A DNA stretch of 64,000 nt from an uncultured Verrucomicrobiae bacterium (lineage in GTDB: Bacteria; Verrucomicrobiota; Verrucomicrobiia; Chthoniobacterales; Chthoniobacteraceae). The notes beneath the pieces were generated by a model. The model was not told the DNA's origin. It saw only the letters and a program-made list of their open reading frames with translations, and searched no databases. Each line of letters starts with the position of its first letter. The stretch's first letter is position 1. The stretch is from positions 189,133 to 253,132 of the forward strand of contig CAWHEP010000011.1 of NCBI GenBank assembly GCA_963828525.1, read 5' to 3'. A program made the translations under genes and the position numbers. Shown in pieces: positions 56,028-64,000 of this stretch.

Positions 56028-57320
56028 ATGGACCTCAGCCTATGGATGTGCCTCCCCTTTGTCTTGATGCTTTTGTCCATCGCGACCATGCCGATCTTCT
56101 TGAAGCATTTCTGGGAGCGCCACTTCCAACACATTTCCCTGGGCCTCGGGGCGGTCAGTGTTCTCTACTACCTGGTCGTCCTCCGCTCTCCGGCGCGGAT
56201 GGTGGGCGTCGCGGGCGAGTACCTCAGCTTCGTCGCGCTGGTCGGCTCTCTCTTCGTCGTCACCAGCGGCATCCACATACGGGTCAAAGGCGGCGAAGCC
56301 AGGCCGTGGATCAACTGCGTCTATCTGCTCATCAGCGCCCTTCTCGCGAACGTCTTTGGCACCACCGGCGCCTCGATGCTCATGGTGCGGCCCTGGATTC
56401 GCCTCAACAAATACCGTTATACCTCGCTCCACACGGTTTTCTTCATTTACATCGTCAGCAACGTCGGCGGTTGCCTCACACCCGTCGGCGACCCGCCCCT
56501 CTTTCTCGGCTACCTGAAAGGTGTTCCCTTCTGGTGGGTCTTGCAGCACTGCTGGAAACCCTGGGCCACCGCGCTGTTCCTCCTGCTGGCGGCGTTCTAC
56601 GCTCTCGATCGCATTAATTTTCTCCAGGCGCCCAAACGCGTCCGCATGGCGAGAACCGCCGAGCCAGACACTTGGAAATTCGAGGGCCTTCTGAACCTCC
56701 TCCCGCTTGCGGGTATACTCATCGCCGTCTTCCTGCCCGGCGGTTTTCGCGAAGCCGGCATGATCGCCGCCGCTATTGTCTCCTTCAAACGCACCCCGGC
56801 GCGCGTGCATAAAGCCAACGAATTTTCCCTCGGCCCGATCAAGGAGATCGCCTGGCTCTTCGTCGGCATCTTCGCCACCATGACCCCCGTGCTCGATTAT
56901 CTTGAGATCCACTCCCGCGCGCTCGGAATCAACACCGAACTCCGCTACTTCTGGTGCACGGGACTCCTCTCCGGCGTTCTCGATAACGCCCCCACTTATA
57001 TGACCTTCGCCGCCGCCGCCTTCGGTCGCTTCGGGCTGCACCTCGACAACCCCGCTAACACTCTTCAATTTCTCGCTCAACACGCAACCTATCTCGTCGC
57101 CATTTCCACCGGCGCCGTCTTTTTCGGCAGCCTCACCTACATCGGCAACGGTCCAAACCTTATGGTTAAAGCCATCGCCGAACACTCCAAAGTCCACACC
57201 CCGGACTTCTTCTTCTACGTCGTCCGCTTCTCCATTCCCATCCTCCTGCCTATTTTCGCCTTTGTCGGTTGGCTCTACTTCGGGGCGGCCCCCGTCCCCC
57301 ATACGAGCCAACCGGTATAA
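56028..57320 (+). CDS. Putative sodium:proton antiporter (ion transporter superfamily)
   Basis: GTTGASM, LTPVGDPPLFLG, LDNAPTY, YIGNGPN. Confidence 0.85.
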   Translation: MDLSLWMCLPFVLMLLSIATMPIFLKHFWERHFQHISLGLGAVSVLYYLVVLRSPARMVGVAGEYLSFVALVGSLFVVTSGIHIRVKGGEARPWINCVYLLISALLANVFGTTGASMLMVRPWIRLNKYRYTSLHTVFFIYIVSNVGGCLTPVGDPPLFLGYLKGVPFWWVLQHCWKPWATALFLLLAAFYALDRINFLQAPKRVRMARTAEPDTWKFEGLLNLLPLAGILIAVFLPGGFREAGMIAAAIVSFKRTPARVHKANEFSLGPIKEIAWLFVGIFATMTPVLDYLEIHSRALGINTELRYFWCTGLLSGVLDNAPTYMTFAAAAFGRFGLHLDNPANTLQFLAQHATYLVAISTGAVFFGSLTYIGNGPNLMVKAIAEHSKVHTPDFFFYVVRFSIPILLPIFAFVGWLYFGAAPVPHTSQPV

Positions 57321-57444
57321 ACCCGCCGAGGCTGGACATTCGGACGTTTCACAGCGACCATTTATCTCGAAGGACGCGCCGCCGCGCCAAACGCGGCGCG
57401 CCGAGCCGATCCCGGGACTTGCCCGAGCATCGTAAGAAAAGCAC

Positions 57445-57783
57445 ATGAAAAAAATCGAAGCGATAGTGAAACCCTTCCGCGTGGAGGCTGTGAAGGAAGC
57501 GCTCACGGAACTCGGAGTGGACGGGATGACAATGCTGGACGTGAAGGGTTTCGGCAGGCAATTTGGCCACACAGAAATTTACCGAGGAACCGAATACGAA
57601 GTTGATTTCGTCCCGAAGATAATGATCATCGTCGTCGTACCCGACGAGTTGGCCGATGAAGCCATCAAAGCCATCTTGAAAGCAGCGAAGACCGGAAAAA
57701 TCGGCGACGGGAAGATCTTTGTTTCAGTCCTGGAGGAGGTCATTCGGATCCGCACCAAGGAGACGAGCGGCAAGTCCATCTAA
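57445..57783 (+). CDS. glnB: Nitrogen regulatory protein P-II
   Basis: MKKIEAIVKPF, YRGTEY, TGKIGDGKIFV. Confidence 0.93.
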   Translation: MKKIEAIVKPFRVEAVKEALTELGVDGMTMLDVKGFGRQFGHTEIYRGTEYEVDFVPKIMIIVVVPDELADEAIKAILKAAKTGKIGDGKIFVSVLEEVIRIRTKETSGKSI

Positions 57784-58235
57784 GTCGCTTTGTCTCTCGA
57801 CCCTGCAGTCGTAGCATAGAGCTAACTTGGTGCCTTCCCCATGTGCCTCACAGACTGGCGCGTGGAGATAGGCAACAATCTCGAGGTTGCAGGAAGCTCT
57901 GAGCAGCTTCGGAGTGATGCGCGGTGGCCGCCACGCTGTCCCGTGCGACTCTACAAATTTCAATAGCGTCCGCGGTCACGTAGATTGCAGGCTAGGCGGA
58001 GATGGGGAAGTCAGAGGGGTTCCGGGTAAAAATGGCGTCAACCGACGCCGCGCGTGCCGCCTCATAGAAGGACGGTGTCTTCAAAGTCTGTTGCTTTACT
58101 GCCGAGCGCTGAGGACAGAACCGCATCCGTGACCGCGGCAATGCGCAGCAAAGAAGCGATATGGCTCCCGGCTATTTTGCGACCTGTGACACAGCCGTCC
58201 CACCAAATGGGGAGGGTTCTGAACACAGAACCGAA

Positions 58236-58297
58236 GCGATATTTCTGCGTCTGGATTCCGCTGCGCCGACATTCGCGCTTCAGATCGCGAAAGCACC
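58236..58297 (-). pseudogene. comM: comM remnant C (short, degenerate)
   Basis: Manual translation CFRDLKRECRRSGIQTQKYR vs YFGDLKRECRCSPNQVQKYR. Confidence 0.7.
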
Positions 58298-58506
58298 GGT
58301 CGTGGCGTTTGAAGGCTTGGCCTTCCGTCGTTGGAGTTTAAGCGGTCCCGCCTTTAACGCAACTTGAGGCCGACAATTCATGGCCGCCCTAAGCCCCCAC
58401 GTTCCATGGCGTCGAGGATCGGCTCGCTTGTGAACTCGACTGCGCGATCCTAAAAGTCACGCCTAGGAGGATGCCTTCGAGTGCCTTCGGATGCAGCATT
58501 CCCCGT

Positions 58507-58748
58507 TCACATCCACAAGTTCCGATCCAGCGTCCGATATTGGATCGCTTCGCTGACGTGCTGCGCCTTGATATGCTCATGCCCGTCCAGGTCCGAGATG
58601 GTTCTCGCGACTTTAAGGATGCGGTCGTACGCCCGGGCGCTGAAGTTTAGCTCCGTCATTGACGGTATTTCTGCACCTGATTTTGGCTGCACCGACACGC
58701 GCTTCAGGTCGCAGAAATACCCGCAGCAGTGTCGGGACGGATTTGCCC
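58507..58748 (-). pseudogene. comM: comM remnant B (3' end with ~255-bp internal deletion)
   Basis: CCGYFCDLKR... joined to MTELNFSARAYDRILKVART...RTLDRNLWM*. Confidence 0.85.
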
Positions 58749-58904
58749 TTCCTTCATTTGAAGGGTGAGCGTCTCGGCTTCTTCGAGCCATTCCAACTTT
58801 TCGCGCAGAGTAGTCTCGAGGCCAAGGAGAAGCACCTGTTTTCGAGATCCTTCCGGCGTACACCATTCCCAGCCAGGATGATCGTAGAGTTCAGCCTTTG
58901 TCAT
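58704..58904 (-). CDS. Small partner protein of the nucleotidyltransferase
   Basis: Overlaps NTase stop; W..TPEG.R...LREKLEWLEE. Confidence 0.65.
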   Translation of the reverse strand: MTKAELYDHPGWEWCTPEGSRKQVLLLGLETTLREKLEWLEEAETLTLQMKEGQIRPDTAAGISAT

Positions 58905-59415
58905 TATTGCTACCCTCGCTTAATCTCCAAATGTCTTCAAGCGCGTCGATGTCGGCCAAGTCTTGCGGACGTCCAGCTGCCCGCTTCATTGCCAGAAGCG
59001 AGTCGCGGCGAATGAAAGGGGCCGAAAGACCCTTCGATATTTGCTTTCGCTCCGCAGTGGAATACTCCGCGGCGAAGTCGAATGGCTCATAAACAAAGAC
59101 GTCAACAGGTGTTCGACGATGCGTGTCACTCCAAAGCTTCAGCACGATCATGTTTTTCTCTCGCCGCCACATCTCTCGATTCCCGGCGTCTGCAAACTCT
59201 TCCGGCGACACTGGGATCGCGGGCGTGTAGCCAATACGAATCAGGGCCCGCAGTCCTCGAAGAATGTTACCGGGCTCAAGACCGATCACCAAGTCCACAT
59301 CCTTGGTGAAGCGTTCGTAACCGTGCGCGTTAACCGCCAGCCCGCCGACTACGATGTAGCGCGTAGCGTCTTCGTTCAACGCCCGGAAGATTGCTTCAAC
59401 ACTACGGACTTCCAT
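58891..59415 (-). CDS. Pol-beta-type nucleotidyltransferase (putative TA component)
   Basis: YIVVGGLAV..HG..RFTKDVD; MKRAAGRPQDLADI. Confidence 0.85.
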   Translation of the reverse strand: MEVRSVEAIFRALNEDATRYIVVGGLAVNAHGYERFTKDVDLVIGLEPGNILRGLRALIRIGYTPAIPVSPEEFADAGNREMWRREKNMIVLKLWSDTHRRTPVDVFVYEPFDFAAEYSTAERKQISKGLSAPFIRRDSLLAMKRAAGRPQDLADIDALEDIWRLSEGSNNDKG

Positions 59416-59448
59416 GTCTCGAATTTGTCGGGGATGCTCCTGGCGCGG

Positions 59449-59943
59449 TCACATCCAAAGATTCCGATCCAGCGTCCGATACTGGATCGCCTCGCTCACA
59501 TGCTGCGCCTTGATCTGCTCCTGGCTGTCCAAATCCGCAATGGTTCGCGCTACCTTCAGGATGCGATCGTAGGCGCGCGCGCTGAAGTTCAACTCGGTCA
59601 TCGCCATCTTGATGAGATCGGCGGCAGCGTCGTCCAGGGCGCAGAATGTTTTTAGCAGCTTTGGCGTCATCCTCGCGTTGCAGCTTGTCTTCGTTCGGCC
59701 TCGGAACCGCTCTTGCTGGATTTCGCGCGCTTTCCCGACCCGCGCGCGGATTTCTGACGAAGCTTCCCCGGCAACGTTGCTCGCGATGTCCTTGTATTGC
59801 ACGGCCGGCACTTCGACATGGATGTCGATGCGATCCAGCAAGGGACCGGAGATGCGCTGACGGTATTTTTGCACCTGGTTCGGGCTGCACCGGCATTCCC
59901 GCTTCAGATCCCCGAAGTAGCCGCACGGACATGGATGCATTGC
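59449..59943 (-). pseudogene. comM: comM (YifB Mg-chelatase-like ATPase) 3' part, interrupted at AMxPCPCG
   Basis: PCPCGY...RISGPLLDRID...SARAYDRILKVARTIADL; upstream sequence is non-comM. Confidence 0.92.
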
Positions 59944-60569
59944 CTTTTTGCAAGGCAACACTGCGTGGGATGCGTTGCTCATCGAAAATCTATCTTACCC
60001 AGGTAAAGGGCTATCCGGCCAATCCAAAATCCATCGGCGAGATGATCCGAAAACGGCGGCTCGATTTGAACCTCTCCCAAGTGGGAGCGGCAGGAATTAT
60101 CGGCGGCAACGAAATGACGGTCGTGAATTGGGAGAAGGGACACTCCTCTCCCCGAATCCATCACATGGCTAAGGTCACAGAATTTCTCGGCTTCAACCCG
60201 TTCGACAACGGAGCCACTTTGTCGCAGAGGCTTGTCAATCACCGCCAGGCGCTCGGGATGACCCAAAAGGAATTTTCATGCCAAATCGAAGTCAATCAAA
60301 GCACGCTGGCGCACTGGGAGCGCGGTGAACGGGAACCGGAAAGTCTCTTTCTTGCCAGACTTGAAGAAATTTTTTATACCTCGACGTCCGAACCTCGTCG
60401 GTCAGGAGGTTGTTCAGGAATGAGTCCTCGTAACGAGACAGGTTGTGGGAGCGAATGGCCGACGATTTTCCCTAAACAATTTCTCATCGCCAAATCAGAA
60501 GAAGAGGGATATTCGACGGAAATGGTAGCAAACACTATCAGCCTATCCGTTGGTACCGGCTGTAACTAA
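59931..60569 (+). CDS. Tandem XRE-HTH transcriptional regulator
   Basis: IGEMIRKRRLDLNLSQ...NWEKG and RQALGMTQKE...HWERG; start and C-terminal extent uncertain. Confidence 0.75.
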   Translation: MDALPFCKATLRGMRCSSKIYLTQVKGYPANPKSIGEMIRKRRLDLNLSQVGAAGIIGGNEMTVVNWEKGHSSPRIHHMAKVTEFLGFNPFDNGATLSQRLVNHRQALGMTQKEFSCQIEVNQSTLAHWERGEREPESLFLARLEEIFYTSTSEPRRSGGCSGMSPRNETGCGSEWPTIFPKQFLIAKSEEEGYSTEMVANTISLSVGTGCN

Positions 60570-61006
60570 AAAGCACCGAAGAAGTTTGCAGGTATCCCCT
60601 GGTTTCCCGGAATTACAGTTTTGCAGGCGATGAATCCGGGACCTGCGGGCGACCCGAGCGCATTCTCCTTTCGAGTTCTCTATCATTCGTTCTTCGGCGC
60701 GTTTGTCGACATGATCGACGACATTGCGGATAAGCCGAACGAGTTTTGGTTATTTTCCGGTCAGCAATCAACCTTCCACGGTTGGCGTGAGCGAGGCGAT
60801 TATTCTGGAGGATGCTGCTGGTCAAAACGTCGAAGTTGAATGGAAGTTTGGGCCTATGGGAGCACATCCTTTGAAAACTCAGGCTGCGACCAAAGCCAAG
60901 GCGTATGAATAAGCCCGGCGAAAAACTGGTCCGTAAAAAGATGGAACGCCTAGCGTAGCAATCCGCTCAGGCGCTCACTTCTGTCGAAACACCGAACAAA
61001 GTCCGT

Positions 61007-61207
61007 TCAAGGCTTACGATTCATGGCAGCTTCGCGTATTGCACGCTCGCTGGTTTCGCCTGTCTCTTCGCGGATCGTGTCGAGTCTCGCGTTCGGCGAG
61101 AATCCCTTGATCGGCTTCGACAGGTTCTTATTCAATGTGTCACCGCGCTTTTGATCAATACGCCCATTTTGATTACGGTGACGCTCGTCTAGACCTGGTT
61201 CTTTCAT
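61007..61207 (-). CDS. Small hypothetical protein (GLDxRHR...GxI..KRGDTL type)
   Basis: Strong SD AAGGAGG upstream; intact 66-aa ORF. Confidence 0.65.
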   Translation of the reverse strand: MKEPGLDERHRNQNGRIDQKRGDTLNKNLSKPIKGFSPNARLDTIREETGETSERAIREAAMNRKP

Positions 61208-61457
61208 AATAGCGGCTCCTCCTTTCTTATTGGATTATCCGTCCAATTACCCGCCAAATAAGCGGGAGAATACCTTGAAGACTCGGCAACAACCACGCTA
61301 TGGACGAATGTTTTCAAAGGGAACCACAACTAATAGCGGTTTCGCACATAAAATCAAAGATTTTCTCCGTGCACTCCGGCTGATAGCAGCAGGCAAGTTC
61401 CAGGAACTTGACGATTCGCGGTGCGAGAGGCATAAACGCATTGTCAGAGAGGTCTGA

Positions 61458-63370
61458 ATGTTCATTAGCGATCACGAGACGGAGGTGGATATGCTTCACT
61501 ACGAAGCAATCGCTAAAACATTGGTGCGGCTTGTCCAAGAAAGTCGCGAAAAACCGGTCACTATTGGGGTCCATGGCGACTGGGGTGCAGGAAAATCCAG
61601 TGTTCTGGGGAAATGGCGCAAGCCGCCTTCAAAAAAGATCCGGACGTCCTTTGCATTAAATTCAATGGATGGCGGTTCCAAGGATTCGAAGACGCCAAGG
61701 CCGCTCTCATCGAAACAATCATTACGGAACTCCGGGACAGGCGGGGCGAGGTCGGAAAAGTCATAGAGACCGCGACCGACTTGCTCAAGAGGTTAGATTA
61801 CCTCAAACTTGCAAAAATGGGCCTGAAGGTAGGAACTACTTTGTTATCGCAGCACACCCAGCCGGTGCTGTTGGACTTGCCGCGGCTCAAGTGATCGGTG
61901 CGCTGGGAACGAAAGAAAAGACCAGTGGCGACGACGAGAGCGACAAGGGTGACACCCCGAAAAGGACAAAACCTCTGGGATCATAAAGAAAAACGAAGTC
62001 AAGAGAATCCCCGAGGAAATCCGGGGAGTTCGAGAAACTCTTCGACGTGCTGATTGACGAGTCTAAGCTGAAGAAACTGGTCGTGCTCATCGACGACCTC
62101 GACCGTTGCCTCCCAGAAACAGCAATCGAAACATTGGAGGCAATCAGACTCTTCGTCTTCGCTCGAAACACCGCGTTCGTAGTGGCGGCAGATGAGGCTA
62201 TGATCCACTACTCCGTGCGAAGGCACTTTCCCGACCTTCCCCAAAGCAGCGGGCCGGTCACCTACGCGCAAAACTATCTCGAAAAGTTGATCCAAATCCC
62301 GTTCCGAATCCCAGCGCTCGGCTCCAACGAGACCCAGATGTACATCACGCTGCTTCTGGTGGAGGCGAAACTTGGACCCGAAAATGGGACATTTCAAAAG
62401 CTTCTTAAAGAAGCACGGGGAATCATGGTCAAGCCATGGCTCGGCAAAGTGCTCGACGCGACGGCGATTCAAAACATCCTGACACAGAAGCAAAAGACCT
62501 CTCCGAAATCATCACCCTCGGAGGGCAAATTTATCGAATCCTCGCGGAAGGAACAGTGGGAACCCAAGGCAAATCAAACGCTTCATCAGCGCCGTCCTCC
62601 TGCGCAGAGAAATTGCGGTAGAGCGGGGCTTCGGAAGCGAAATCAAACTTCCGCACCTCGCAAAGATCATGCTTGCGGAGAGGTTCCATTCCACATTCTT
62701 CGAAGAACTGACGAGAATCGTTCCACAAGCACCAGACGGGAAACCACCGGAGATCGCCGCATTGGAGGCTGGGGCACTCGCGAAACCAGATGCCAAGCTC
62801 GTGCATGGACAAAAGCCGGAATGGCAAAAGGACGCATGGATCGTCGCATGGTCAAAAATCCAACCAACGCTTAAGGATGAGGATCTCCGCCCTTACCTCT
62901 TTCTTACACGGGACAAAGAAGGGCATCCCCGGTCTGGACGGTGCCGCACACCTCGGCGAACTATTGGATGTTCTCATGGGAGCCGACATGACAGTCCGAG
63001 CCAACGAGCCGAGAATCAAAGCACTCAGCCAAAATGATGCGCAGACCCTCGCAAAAGCCGTCACCGAGAGAATCCTTCAGGCTGGCGAACTCCAGAAAAA
63101 ACCAATCGGAATAGCCGGTCAGTCTTCAGTGTTTGATGCAGCACCAGCCGTACACACGCGCCAACATCGCTGCATTCCTGTCGAATTTGAACCCGAACGA
63201 ATTCGGCCCGTGGGCTTGTCAAACCGTGGAAAATCTTAGTCAATTCCCAGAGGAAAAAGCGAAATGCCAGGAACTGCTCATCCGCTGGGAAACAGACGGA
63301 AACAAAAAGCGTAAAGGACTTCCTCAAGGTAATGAAGAGAACCCCGGGAATACCACCCAAGAGATAAGCC
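61458..63370 (+). CDS. qatA: KAP-family P-loop NTPase, QatA-like (several indels)
   Basis: MFISDHETEVDML...GDWGAGKSS, IDDLDRCLP, YLEKLIQIPF, GNPRQIKRF, LAKIMLAERF; 3' end approximate. Confidence 0.85.
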
Positions 63371-64000
63371 ATGGGAACATCAGCAAGAAACCCCGGCGCT
63401 TCGCCCAAAAACCCACTCCTCCTCGTGGCTCGAACCGTCCACTCTTCCCCAATTCCGGTGCTGCCGATCATGCCGGCACCGGGAATCCAAACACCGGGAC
63501 AGACGCCCACGCCACCCGAGACCGTCGACCCCAATGGGTCCGGTCCTCAAGGGCCTCATTCGGGAGAGTATCTGGAGGTGGCGGAGATAGGGCGATAAGA
63601 CACGGGTTGCGCGAGCAGTCGGCAAGGGAATGAAGGGGTCACGGAATGCTGCGGCCGGTGCGTCGTCTGGAGCCACAAGACAGCCCGCGAACATCCTGAC
63701 TTTCGCCGGACGCTGTCCGCAAAGGACTGGAGAAGCGGCAAGGATCGGGATCCTCCGATGTCGCCTGACAAACCGCCTCCCAGTGCGAAGTCCTATCGCT
63801 CCTCACCGAAGTTTCTTGCAACCGGGAGGCGGGCTGGACGAAGGCATCACCAACCGCGCTTGGAACGACACAATTCTCCATGTCATTGAGCAAGGAACTA
63901 CGGACATCAATGCGATCAAAGACCCAGACTTGTGGCTGGGCATCATCGAAAGGTTCATTGTCGAGTCCATCTGTAACCGGATCAACAATGACGTCGTAGC
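63371..64000 (+). CDS. qatB: QatB-like protein, partial with indels
   Basis: MGTS..NPG...PL start, Pro-rich linker, SGGGGDRAI, FIVESICNRINND; follows qatA. Confidence 0.7.

Larger units (their letters stand above)
59940..64000. mobile_element. Integrative element/defence island inserted in comM (other end outside window)
   Basis: comM break at a TTGCCTT-N5-AAGGCAA palindrome, visibly lower GC, XRE regulator and Qat cargo; integrase not in window. Confidence 0.75.

Overview
A roughly 60% GC bacterial chromosome segment, most likely Verrucomicrobiota (Spartobacteria/Chthoniobacterales-like). This is inferred from gene content such as a PEP-CTERM protein and a TPR/TMTC-type membrane protein, and has not been tested. 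Most of the window is housekeeping: tkt, recO, der, clpB, HU, speA, prmC, murA, cysCHDN, leuB, fabF, ffh-rpsP-khpA, amtB/P-II, araFG, and two surface-glycan clusters. Many conserved genes carry single indels that look like long-read consensus errors. Two accessory regions stand out. (1) 8.2-14.7 kb holds decayed R-M genes and two tandem prophage relics: an ADP-ribosyltransferase-like fragment, a PBECR2-like nuclease fragment and a prohead-protease N-terminus. It also contains an apparently intact, ORF-free, ~280-nt multi-branch structured RNA candidate (12175->11897, minus strand). This candidate has its own sigma70 promoter and operator-like palindrome, plus a partial second copy whose changes keep the pairing. 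It is the best candidate for an undescribed system. (2) 58.2-64 kb holds three successive comM 3' ends, all beginning at about the same CPCG site and decaying with distance from it. They are followed by an integrated element carrying a tandem-HTH regulator whose start overlaps the attachment site, and the start of a Qat anti-phage operon.
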